From: Octopus sinensis
Taxonomy: Eukaryota
DNA length: 64,000 nt
Reading direction: 5' to 3'
Assembly (NCBI RefSeq): GCF_006345805.1
Contig: NC_043001.1
Location: forward strand, 67,270,001 to 67,334,000
Position numbers and translations under genes: made by a program. Under the pieces are notes generated by a model. It was not told where the DNA came from, ran no database searches, and saw nothing but the letters and a program-made list of their open reading frames with translations. Below are positions 24,096 through 35,232 of the stretch, in pieces. The number at the start of each line of letters is the position of its first letter. The stretch's first letter is position 1.

Positions 24096-24560
24096 TTACT
24101 AGAGTATTTTTTGAAAAAATAATGAAAAATAGCTCAGAATTGCAGAGAAGACAGAATTTCTTGCCTTTGTCATATGGTATCGAAATTGAGAGAATCAACC
24201 ATTCTAAATGAAATTGTTCATTGTGGTCTTTTAAATCCCAAACCAGTTTGCTGAGACCGGTACTATTCCGTTTATTTCTATCCCTAAATGTTGAGTAATG
24301 GATAGAAATTCTTTCAGATAACTCTAACGATGTGCTTCCAATGTAAAATCGTACTCTATTACGAGTACTGATTATACACTGGTATATAGAATTTTTAATC
24401 TTAGTGTTACTTGACATAAACTTAATTGTATTGGAATTGACTTCAGATACAATAACCTTGTTATTAATATTTCTAGAGGGTTGGATGGTATTAGCTAAAT
24501 TAATGTTAGTATTAGTAAATGTATTAATATTTAACAGTTTGTTATTATGAGAAGTGATAA
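24096..24560 (-). mobile_element. Penelope-like GIY-YIG endonuclease fragment with open frame
   Basis: NSIYQCIIST...FYIGSTSLELSERISIHYSTF...NSTGLSKLVWDLKD...EWLILS...PYDKGKKFCLLCNSELFFI. The frame stays open upstream through an Asn/Ile-rich linker to the TA tract. Confidence 0.9.
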
Positions 24561-24568
24561 TTTGAATA

Positions 24569-24620
<52 letters not shown>

Positions 24621-24624
<4 letters not shown>

Positions 24625-27600
24625 TTGCTTGTTTCAGCTCAGAGCTGCGGCCATGCTGATGCACTGCCGTTTTGTGCTACACTGTTATTATGAAGAACCT
24701 CCACTAATATGTGGCACTTGGTGAAGAATGGAGTTTGATATAGCTACTCTCATTTGCACCTCTTGCTGTGAGGTAGGTTCATCTGGGACTCTTGACAGGA
24801 AGATGTCCAGCTTTGATTTAAAAACTGCTACATCTACTTTGTGCACGTTCCTCAGATTCTTTGGGAGAATATTAAAATGCTGTGGGCCCTTGAAACCCAG
24901 GCTGTTTCAGAAGCTGGTCCTGAAGTGTGATGGCATTGCTGGGATCTTTGGCACTATACAGTGTCGTCCCGTTATAGCATTGGTGTAGCTTACAATGCCA
25001 AAATTTGGCACAATTCCTTCCAGGATCTTCCAGACATATATTACTGAATACCTCTCCCGTCTTCTCTCCAGGGAGTAGAGTCTTAGCTGTTTCAACCTTT
25101 CCTAGTCGCTGAGCTGTTCCAAAGAGACGATCTTCTTTGTGAATCTTCTCTGGATTGCTTCAAGGACCGCTGTTAATTTTACACTGGTGGGTGACCATAG
25201 CTGTGAGCAGTAATCCTGGCGGCTGAGGACGAATGTCCGCCAGAGGACCATCATGGTTTCCTTATCTCTGGTTCTGAATGTTCTTAGGATCCACCCAGCC
25301 AGTTGTCTGCACTTTGTTGCCATCCTGGTAATGTGCACTTGGAAAGAGGTATCATCACTCATGTCGATACCCAAGTCCCTCACAGACTTAGGCTCTGGGA
25401 TTGAAATTCCCTGTGGACCGGTGTATCCTGTAAGTTTAATATTCAGTTTTGGATGCTGGTAGCGCAGGGCTTGGAATTTTTCAGCATTAAACTGCATATT
25501 ATTATCCTCAGCCCATCTGTAGATTGAGTCCAACTCCTGCTGCAGGTGTGCAACATCGCTGGGGTTCTGTATTTTCTGCGAGACTTTCGTATCGTCTGCA
25601 TAGCTGGCCAGAGTGGCTATCCGGGCATTTGAGGGCATATCTGAGAGGACCACTATAAAAAGCAGTGGTCCCAAGACAGTGCCCTGTGGAACATCGCTCA
25701 CTATTTGTGTGTTCATAGAGGTGGCTCCATTAACCACTACTGCCTGACTCCTATCTTTCAGGAAGTCATGTAACCACACTCCAAGTTTTCCAGCTATGCC
25801 GAGGTCACGCAGTTTGTGGCATATCATACCATAATCCAACTTGTCAAAAGCTTTTGCAAAATCAAGGTAGATTATGTCCACATTTGATTTGATGAGTAAC
25901 TGCCTCAACACCCAATCATAATGTTGTAAGGCAGCTCCTACCTGGTCAAAAACCATGCTGGGTATCACTCAGCAAGTTATTTTCCTCAAGGAATGCGATT
26001 AGTTTCTTTCTGACTATCTGTTCCATGACTTTGCTGATGTGTGAAGTCAGAGAGATAGGCCTATAGTTTTTGGCATCTGCCATACTTCCCCCTTTATGTA
26101 TTGGGCATATTATTCCCTCTTTCAGCTTGCTTGGCAGATTGCCATTCACAAGAAAGCTCTGGAAGAGAATCTTGAGGGGTTTTGCCAGGGCATGCTTACA
26201 TGCTTTGAGGAGGATGGCTGGGAAACCATCTGGACCAGCAGCTGAGTTTGTGTCCACTTCATCTATGGCTAGTAGGACATCTTTTTCACTAATGTCAATA
26301 CATTCTATTGTAACCGCCTTGCTGTTTATAGGGGAGGCACCAAAGAAGTCCACTGGTTCGTTCACTTGTCTGTGTTCCAACGGGGTGGTAAAGACACTTT
26401 TGAACTGGTCATTCAGCATCTCACTGGTCCTAGTTGAACTGTCTTTGAGGGAGCCATCCTTTTGGAGGAGTGGTCCTATCTTGTATTGCACTGAGACTGT
26501 TTCTTTCGTGTAATGAAAGAAGGCCTTTGGGTTTGATTTAATATTGTTTATAACCCAGGCTTCTTTGTCTGCTTTCTCCTTCACATAGGATTGTTGCAGC
26601 CTTTTTTTGATTTCCATCAGTGTTGTTTTTAGGCGGGACGTTTCGCTACTTTTGGGATGTTGGTTGAGACGATTTGCAACCTTCGTCCGTCGTCTGATGA
26701 GGACCTTCCTGTCTCTTGGAATCTTGCTCCTTTTTGTTTTGGCCTTGTGCTCTGGGACATATTTCTGGCATATGGCTTGCACAGAAGACATGAAAATTCT
26801 AATTTCACGTCAATGTCTGGTGTGGAGAGACATTCCGGCCAGTCCTCTCTGAGGATCTCTTTTTGGATCGATTTCCAATCTGCTTTGTGGAAGTTCAGAT
26901 TGGAGAGATTTCGGGTGCTTCCTTTAGGCTGTATGTCTCTGGTTACTTTTGGCCCAAACATAGACAGCTCTATTATGTTGTGATCTGAAACTGATGTCGG
27001 TGTCACTTTCACATCATGAATGATGTCCATATTGTTCGTGAAGCAGAGAGCCAGAATGTTATTCGCCCTAGTTGGCTTGAGAACAACTTGCTCCATGAAT
27101 AAGGCATTGGTGAGGTTGCAATGATTCATTCCTTAGAGTATGTGACCTTCGGGCCATTTGATGTTGGGGAAGTTGAAATCACCCATAAGAAATATGGTCA
27201 CATGGTGTTCCAGATTCATGAGGATTTCTTTAATTCTTGTGAGGCAATCTTCAAACTTGCCTGTGTGATTTGGGGCATCCGGTGGGCAATATGTATGACT
27301 ATATTATGTTGTCTTATGTATACAATTAAAGTGTCACATACCGAATTTGAGTATGTCATTAAGACCTGGGGTGTGAGGTCATCTCGGATGTATACAGCAA
27401 CTCTACCATGGCTCCTTTCCCTTCTGTCTGTTCGCAGTATGGCATAGTTTGGTATGTGTACTTCTGTGTCCTCTATATCAGGGTTGAGGTGAGTTTACAC
27501 AAGTGCTATGCATAGGGCTTGATTGCATTCAGTAAGATCTCTCAGGAAAGAAATTTTGTTTCTATTTTGATGCAACAGACCCCCAATATTTAGTAAAAGT

Positions 27601-27960
27601 ATTGGGGTGACGGCTGTGCAGGCATTAGGGGAGGCCATCCCGTGTCTGTTGACTGTGGTAGTCTTGCATAGTGGTGGGCAGGGTTCCTTCTCTGTGCTTG
27701 GTGTAGCTGGGTTAGCTGCCGGACAATTCTTTGCGCCATGCATAAAAAAGACTCTTGCTCAGCTGCTGCGTTGCGCAGAACATTTGAGGAGTACACTTCG
27801 TTTTTGAAAGTTTTCCTGGGAGACATTTTTTGTGTTCCCTCGGTAAAGCTTTTCTCTTTGAGTCCCCTGAAGTTCTGGCGGGGTGTCGGGTGGGCGAACC
27901 GGCAGTTTTTGCCGTCCTCACCATGCCAACATTTGCCCCGCAGATAGAATTTACAGGTTT
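24621..27960 (-). mobile_element. 5'-truncated CR1-type LINE, decayed
   Basis: CCCH finger; APE motifs ILLLNIGGL, MGDFNFP, SDH; RT motifs YLDFAKAFD, VPQGTVLGPLLF, YADDTK; C-terminal LYSLERRRERY. The frame ends at 24688, followed by a ~65 nt 3' UTR. (TA)n on both sides. Confidence 0.95.
24688..27743 (-). pseudogene. LINE ORF2 (APE endonuclease plus reverse transcriptase), disrupted
   Basis: Split across ORFs 27495-27743, 26629-27129, 25946-26791, 25102-25968 and 24907-25095. A TAA replaces the Glu of the ETHL motif at 27495, and QHGF is followed by TGA. Confidence 0.9.
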
Positions 27961-27993
27961 AATATATATATATATATATATAATATATATAAT

Positions 27994-28056
<63 letters not shown>

Positions 28057-28058
28057 CT
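27961..28058. repeat. (TA)n microsatellite
   Basis: Direct reading. Confidence 0.95.
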
Positions 28059-28062
28059 ATGT

Positions 28063-28400
28063 GAAGGCGCATGGCTCAGTGGTTAGAGCGTCGAGCTTAC
28101 GATCGTGAGGTTGTGAGCTCGAATCCCGGATCGGGCTGCGTGTTGTGTTCTTGAGCAAGGCACTTTATTTCACGTTGCTCCAGTTCACTCAGCTGTAGAA
28201 ATGAGTTGCGACGTCACTGGTGCCAAGCTGTATCGACCTTTGTCTTTCCCTTGGATAACACTGGTGGTGTGGAGAGGGGAGGCTGGTATGCATGGGTGAC
28301 TGCTGGTCTTCCATAAACAACCTTGCCCGGACTTGTGTCTAGGAGGGTAACTTTCTAGGTGCAATCCCATGGTCATTCATGACCGAAGGGGGTCTTTACC
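28063..28400 (+). mobile_element. tRNA-derived SINE family A, well preserved
   Basis: A box TGGCTCAGTGG 28072-82, B box GCTCGAATCC ~28117-26, CTTGAGCAAGGCACTT box. A second copy lies at 58684-59024. Confidence 0.9.
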
Positions 28401-28409
28401 TTTTTTTTA

Positions 28410-28467
28410 TATATATAATATATATATATATACACACACACATATATATATACATATATATACGCAC

Positions 28468-28499
<32 letters not shown>

Positions 28500-28616
28500 A
28501 TATACACACACACATATATATATACATATATATACGCACATATATATATATATACATATACATATATACATATTATATATACATATACATATATATACAC
28601 ATATACATATACATAT

Positions 28617-28659
<43 letters not shown>

Positions 28660-28667
28660 TAAATTAG
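28410..28667. repeat. compound (TA)/(CA) microsatellite with an internally duplicated block
   Basis: Direct reading; the TATACGCACATATA block occurs twice. Confidence 0.9.
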
Positions 28668-28857
28668 AGATAAAACCACTATTAGGCAAATCATACAATG
28701 AAAAACTTAAGCCAATACATAAGATTAATTAATTTATATTATTTTAAATATATATCAAAATTATTAAAAAAAAGATGAGTATAACACTACGATCGTTTCA
28801 TGGCTGTCCAATTCGTAAAAATTCGAGTTACAGTCAATATATATTCATTTACAGATG
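28668..28857 (-). mobile_element. PLE-like terminus, same family as 1296-4692, with disrupted hammerhead
   Basis: AAATTAGAGATAAAACCACTATTAGGCAAATCA...CACTACGATCGTTTCATG matches the arms. Confidence 0.75.
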
Positions 28858-29409
28858 ATGATTCATGCATAGAATTTTTTGCCATGTATAATCATCCCAA
28901 GAACTCTTTACAACTGAGTGAATAGAGTGAATCATCAGTTTCAAATAAACATACCTCCATTTACCCCAGTTAAACATTCAGCATTTGTGTGTGCATATGT
29001 GTCTGTGTGTGTGTATGTATACATACACACACAGATTCTAATCACAAAATGTGATTTCATTCGTGATTGGTATTATTATTCAAAACAGAAATTTTATTTC
29101 TAACATTCATTTCTTCTGTTATTGAAAATGATAAACGTTTCAGTGAACAATATTGAATACGTATATTGAGGTTTGAATAATACTGAACAAAGCTGAGATC
29201 TAAACAGTATTGAATAATATTAAAGTTTATGATTAATACTGAATAATATTGGATATCAGTGAGATTTGAATAATATATAAATGCTAAAGTGTTATCCATC
29301 ATATTACAGGGAATTTTGAAACAGGGGTCAGCAAACCTCTTGTATCATTGATCCCTTTATGGCATCATTAGTAACTTACTGACCTTCCCCACCACCATCA
29401 TGTAAACTT

Positions 29410-29830
29410 CATCATCATCATCATCATTCAATGTCTGTTTTCCATGCTGGCATGGGTCGGACAGTTTGACAGGAGCTGACAAGTCAGAAGACTGTACCAG
29501 TTTTCACCATCTGTTTTAGCAAGGCTCTTCCCAACGTCAGTCACCTTACAGAATGGACTGAGTGCTTTCTACATGGCACTGACGAGGTCTGTTTTGGCAT
29601 GGTTTTTACAGCCGGAAGCCCTTCCTCATGCCAACCACTTTACTGAGTGGCCTGGGTGCTTTTCATGTGGCACTAGCACCAGCAAAATCTGCTTAGACAT
29701 GAGTTTTACTGCTGGATGCCCTTCCAAATGCCAGCCACTTTAGAGTGTAGACAGGATACACTTATGAGGTACCAGCACTGGTGGGTTACCAAATAACTCA
29801 CAAAGCAAAGATCCTTTGAGAGGGTGGGTA
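29410..29830 (-). mobile_element. family C retroposon copy with internal repeats
   Basis: (CAT)n-TTCAATGTCTGTTTTCCATGCTGGCATGGG and repeated GGATGCCCTTCC..ATGCCA.CCAC blocks. Confidence 0.75.
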
Positions 29831-30282
29831 TTGGAAGAGGTGGCCTTGTGCCAGGTGATGAGTGGTCAGATTGTAACAGAAGGACAGAAACAGATGTCTT
29901 GGAGAGAAGATACATGGTTACACAGTCAGAGAGAGAGAGAAAAACAGAGAAAGTGATCAAAAATGAAAGAGAGAAAGAGAGCATAGTGCATGAAAAAGAG
30001 GAAATGTAAGGAAGAGATGTAGTTTGGTTTGTTGGGATAGGGGATGTGAAAAATAAAATTAAAAAGTATATTAATAAAGACGTTTGTGATTTGAAAACAA
30101 TAATTTATTAATTCTTTTGCATCATTGCTGCATTTTAACATGGAATATTTAAAGAAATTTAATGAAAATATTTTACAAAATCAACAAAGAATAATAAAAA
30201 TTCAGTCCCATTCTAGTGATATAGATGGAATATTTAATGTGAAATATGTGTTTACTTAATGCTAGTTATTGTGATAAGGCAG

Positions 30283-30680
30283 TGAACTGCAGAATTGCTA
30301 CTGCACCAGACAAAATGCTTATGGCGTTCTGAGTTCACATTACACCGAGGTAAAATCAGCCTTTCATCCTTTTGGGGTTCATTAAATAAGTCCCAAGGTG
30401 GCAAGCTGGCTGAATCGTTTAACAGTATTTCGTCTGTCTTTATGTTCTGAGTTCAAATTCCACTGAGATCGACTTTGCCTTTTATCCTTTCGGGGTTGAT
30501 AAATTAAGCACCAGTTGCATACTTGGGTCAATCTAATCAACTGGCACCCCCCCAACAATTCAGGCCTTGTAACTAGAGCAGAAAAGATTAAATAAGTCCC
30601 AGTTGATCACTGGGGGTTAATGTAATCAACTAGCTCCCTCCTCCATTTCAGACCTTGTGCTTATAGTGGAAAAAACTATT
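30283..30680 (+). mobile_element. nested or tandem SINE family D copies
   Basis: Two TTCTGAGTTCA...GCCTTT.ATCCTTT.GGGG cores. Confidence 0.75.
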
Positions 30681-30792
30681 AGTTGTACTGTTTGGCTGGA
30701 AATTTGTGAGTTTTAACTTTAAATTACTGCACTCTTCCAGATTCAGTTTGCTAATAATTCAGCAGCCTTAATGCACAAGATCGCTTGAGATA

Positions 30793-31170
30793 CAGTAGAA
30801 CCTCACAGTACACGTGCACCTTTATATGAGTAATTTGCTGTATGAGTTGAGGCTTGGGTGAATTTTTGTCTTGAAGTACAAGAGGAAATCCGTAGTATGA
30901 GTGAGTTTCATACATGTGACCGCTAGTCAGTGCTGAGCTTGCACATGCTCTCTCAACAAGTGCACTAGCTCAGTTCATGTGTTTATCTCATTGTAGCAGC
31001 ATCCCTGTTGGGTTTTACCAGTGTTTTTGTTTAGTTTTGTGCAATTTTTGCTATTATTTTATAATTAGTTGGTTTAGCCATAGGTCCTAAGAATGTTAGT
31101 GCAAAGGACATTGCTGAGAAGAATAAAAAACTGATTACGATAGAATTGAAGAAAGAAATCATCTTAAAAT
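30793..31170 (+). mobile_element. pogo/Tigger-type transposon 5' remnant
   Basis: TA|CAGTAGAACCTC TIR-like start, then GPKNVSAKDIAEKNKKLITIELKKEIILK resembling a Tigger N-terminal HTH. Confidence 0.7.
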
Positions 31171-31339
31171 GAGCTCAGTCATGGATTGAATTAAACTCGT
31201 ACTGCAAGGTATCACTATTTTTCAACCCTTTGGATAGCCTCATAGATCCCCAAGGGTCACTAATGATTATTTTGCCAACCCCTGGTTTGGAAATACACTT
31301 TTATCACCAATTAATAATATTAGGAAATATGGCATACAT

Positions 31340-31556
31340 ACAATCATCATCCTCATCATTATCGTTTAACGTCTGCTTTCCATGATGGCATGGGTTGGAC
31401 GGTTTGACTGAAGACTGGCAAGCCAGATGGCTGCACCAGGCTCCAATCTGATCTGGCAGAGTTTCTATAGCTGGATGCCCTTCCTAATGCCAACCACTCT
31501 GAGAATGTAGTGGGTGCTTTTACGTGCCACCTGCATGAAGGCCAGTCAGGCGGTAC
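31340..31556 (-). mobile_element. family C retroposon, well-preserved 3' part
   Basis: Minus-strand end CCAACCCATGCCATCATGGAAAGCAGACGTTAAACGATAATGATGAG; internal GTTGGCATTAGGAAGGGCATCCAGC. Confidence 0.8.
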
Positions 31557-32474
31557 ATATATCTTTAAAAACTATTTTGAGCAAGTATGCATAAAATTTT
31601 AAAATTATTCATGGTAAATTGGTCCAGATTTAAGATGTCAGCTATGAAATATCTATAAAACTTTTTTTTTAAATTAATGTCTCCAGTAAATAAAACCCAG
31701 AAATTTGCATTGTAAACATGTCTTTAAACAATAATCTATTCCATTGTACCTATTGAAAAAAAAAAAAAACTGACTGGACACATTCACAATACACTTCATG
31801 CAACCTTATACAATTTAGAAAGTTACTAACTAAACAGTTTCCTTGGTAACAATTTCACAAAGCTGAGCAGAGGTGTCTGACGAACAAACAATGACATAGA
31901 TTTAAATACAACCATCACACTTGCACGTTCATGCACACAATAAGCACTGTTGACTGAATCAATCCCCCTGTATATTACTGCTACTTCATTTACTAACACT
32001 AGAGGAATGAAAAGTTAAATTGATTCTGATTGGATTTTAATAGATAGGGCTGAAACTCTCATGTTAACAATGCACAAAACATCTCTATTATATGAATATT
32101 AAATCGATTTCAGTATTCAACTGATAACTTTTATTTTATTGACCCTGGAAGGAGACAAAGCAAAACTGGCCTTGACAGGATTTGAACTCAGAATGTAAAG
32201 AGCTGCAAACTAAATATTGCAGGAATTTTGTCTGATGCTCTCCTCATTCTGCCAACCTAATAGTCATTAAATAAAAGGCTTAGCTGGGAATAATTATGAT
32301 TTAACTTTTATCAGATTTCATTATGTTTATACAAAATGATGATATGAATACTATTCTTTAAAAAAGATTATTACCTACAAAGCAAAATTAAATAAAACAA
32401 AATTCTCATTTGTATATTTGCAATAAATATACGTTACTATTTTTCTAAATTTTATCACCATAATCACAATCTAC

Positions 32475-33223
32475 GGATATCTTTTCCTTTTGAATGGCAG
32501 TTTTCAACACAATTTCTAGTTAACTAAACACTTTTAAACTTCGTATACTGGTAGAATGTGTCAAAATAAAACATTTTTTTCTTTTGGCTTTCTTGAGAAA
32601 ATTGTAATTTGTAGTTTAATTTTTCAAATTTTAACCAATCGATGGCCTCTATTGAGCTAAAATCATTTGCTGCGTTTAAAACTGAGACAACATCCTGTCA
32701 CTGTTATGCTTATGTTCGGAAAGTGTGTGTATAAAATTATAGAATTATTTTGTTTGTTAATTGTTTAAATTATTTTCCATTGCTTTCGTTTTAGCCTTTC
32801 ATTTTTTTTTTCTTAAGCAATGGAAAATAGTTTAAACAATACACATATATCTCAAAACAAAAACAAAACGAATAATTTTAGACACACGCGTAACAATTAA
32901 ATTAATTTAACAATTAAGAGAAAAAAAACGAAAGGCTAAAATTTAGGGTTAAGGTTAGGGTTAGTGTTGGGGTTAGGGTTAGGGTCAGTGACAGGATGTT
33001 GTCTCAGTTTTAGTCGCAGCAAATGATTTTAGCTCAATAGAGGCCATCGATTGGTTAAAATTCGAAAAATTAAACTACGTTAAACTTACAAATTACAATT
33101 TTCTCAAGAAAGCCAAGAGAAAAAATTGTTTTATTTTGACACATTCTACCAGTATACGAAGTTTAAAAGTGTTTAGTTAACTAGAAATTGTGTTGAAAAC
33201 TGCCATTCAAAAGGAAAAGATCC
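32475..33223. mobile_element. foldback non-autonomous DNA transposon with ~230 bp TIRs and a perfect 8-bp TSD
   Basis: TIRs 32475-32703 and 32986-33223. CAATCTAC at 32467-74 and 33224-31. Termini GGAT. Confidence 0.9.
32943..32985 (+). repeat. degenerate (TTAGGG)n tract inside the foldback element
   Basis: TTAGGGTTAAGGTTAGGGTTAGTGTTGGGGTTAGGGTTAGGGT. Confidence 0.85.
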
Positions 33224-33374
33224 CAATCTACTCTATCAAAAACTTTAAAGAAAAATGGGTATTTTTGAGAAAGTTACCATTACCTGCCACGAGGCTGAAT
33301 TTGAACAATTATAAATAATAATAATAATGATTGCAAATTTTGGTACAAGTGCAACAATTTATTTTTTGGTGGTC

Positions 33375-33536
33375 AATTACATTAACCCCATTGTTCAACT
33401 GATACTTATTTTATCAACCCCAAAAAGCAAGAAAGGCAGAATCAACCTTGGCAGAATTTGAACTTGGAACATAAAGACATGATATGTTGCTAAGCATTCT
33501 GACTGGCATGCTAATAATTCTGCCAGCTTGCCACCT
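33375..33536 (-). mobile_element. SINE family D copy
   Basis: Reverse match to the family core. Confidence 0.7.
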
Positions 33537-33546
33537 TTATAATGAA

Positions 33547-33862
33547 CTAGCAGTATCGCCCGGCGTTGCTCGGGTTTGTTTTGACCCGCTGGAATTGTAA
33601 TTTTGAAAAGTAAAAATTTTGTGAACATTTTTCTGGTCGAAATACACCGAAAAGTGGCGACACAGCAGTGAAAAAATCGTAAAAAATAGGGATTTTCATA
33701 GAAAAAAGCATCTTTTTGATGTAAATAATTTTTGGTGTTAACATGGTCCGATTTGAATTTTATGTTCTACGGAAGGAAGAGCAACCCTTCTTCTACCATA
33801 CTCTCAATTTTGGTCAACTTGCGCCGCAGGGTCTCGGAGGAGATAGTGTTAGTTGAAGGTTA
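33547..33862 (-). mobile_element. Helitron-type 3' end
   Basis: Minus strand CCCGAGCAACGCCGGG hairpin, 8 nt spacer, then CTAG|T at 33547. Confidence 0.75.
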
Positions 33863-34709
33863 CTATTCTAGGTGCCTGAGTAACAACCTCGCGGATTTAC
33901 AGATAAATGAATTAATTACTATTTTACAGAATAAAATTAAATAATTCTTGAAAATTAATTAATATTAATATTTTTTGAACAAAGTAAATAATTTTTAAAA
34001 CTTAAATAATAATTTTTTTTACACAAACGCGAACGGGGAAAAGGGGGTGGCGAATTTGATTTACATACCTAAATTTTTTCTTTTTCATGACATTGTAGCA
34101 AAATAGTAGTGAATTATATAAATACCAGCAGTACATTTTTTTTTCTGGGGTATTTTTTTTCAACCTCGTCACATATTTGCCCCTTTCAATTTAAACAAAG
34201 TCTTAATTAAGCAATTACGGCAGCTTAGCAATGGTTTCAATACAGGCGTGACATCTGTATCTCAATTGTTCAAAACCCTTCGAATTTTTTCGCACGTGAT
34301 GATATCATAGTGAAAACTTTCAATTACGCGCACTTAGAAGTACGCTCGCAAATTAATACTACCAAAATTTTGAAGTTCGCGCTCCGCTTGTGTGTGTGTG
34401 TATGCGTGCTTTAGGTGTACGTAGGTATGTGTTTTTGTGTGTGTGTGTGTCACTGAAGCCATACATATATACATACATAACCTCTCTCTCCTGTTTTCTC
34501 TCTCAGTCACTCACTACAAAAAGTGAATAAAAAAAGTTCAGTTATTTCTGTCTTTCACTCTGTCTCTTTACACACACTAACAAAAGCACTTCACTTACAC
34601 ACCACACTTTCTGTGTCGCACAACCCATCAAACACACACACACACACACACACTCACTCACGCACGCACACATGTACATCAATGCTTTCAGAGTGAAATG
34701 TTAAAATAT

Positions 34710-35142
34710 TGAGTTTTCTCGAATTTTGTCTTAATTGGGGGTGAAATTGAAAGAAATATATTATGGCATGACCGAATGGAGTACTTTGAAAAATCTTAGG
34801 TAAACTCTAATTGAAGAAATTGTGTGAGGAGTAAATCGTTATGTATTTATTTGTTTCTGTTTGCTGTGTTTTTTTATTTTTTGAGTAGTGGTTTAAATAC
34901 TTTCAGTTTAGTCTTCTTCAAATCACTCTGTCGCTATTTACTTTCATTTTATTCGTTGCACATTGTGTGTGTGCGTGTGCGTGTGGTGTAAACCACATTA
35001 AGAAAAGCATTTGACATACACACCAGAATGTGAGTTTTCTGTAAATTTTGCTTAATTGGAGTTTAAATTTTAAAAACTGGACCTGGCATGACCCGATGCA
35101 TTCTACTCTTAAAAATGCTAGGTAAATTGTAATTGAAGAAAT
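34710..35142 (+). repeat. diverged direct repeat pair (34710-34820 and 35031-35142)
   Basis: Shared blocks TGAGTTTTCT, CTTAATTGG, TGGCATGACC, TAGGTAAA, TAATTGAAGAAAT. Confidence 0.75.
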
Positions 35143-35232
35143 CCTATATTGTAGATTTCTATAAGTGACAAAGGGAGGTAGATAAAATCTGCCTTTTATA
35201 ATAAGAGATGATAAATAATGAGGCTTGATTAA

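Larger units (their letters stand above)
29322..31284 (+). mobile_element. possible hAT (Charlie-like) MITE shell expanded by nested insertions
   Basis: CAGGGGTCAGCAAA at 29322 and TTTGCCAACCCCTG ending at 31284. Flanks TTTTGAAA / GTTTGGAA match at 6 of 8. Confidence 0.4.

Noticed and set aside
26070-27447. Plus-strand ORFs overlapping the LINE
   Set aside because: Antisense shadows of the LINE coding frame.
28063-28135. tRNA gene
   Set aside because: tRNA-like head of a SINE with no intact acceptor stem; it continues into the SINE body.
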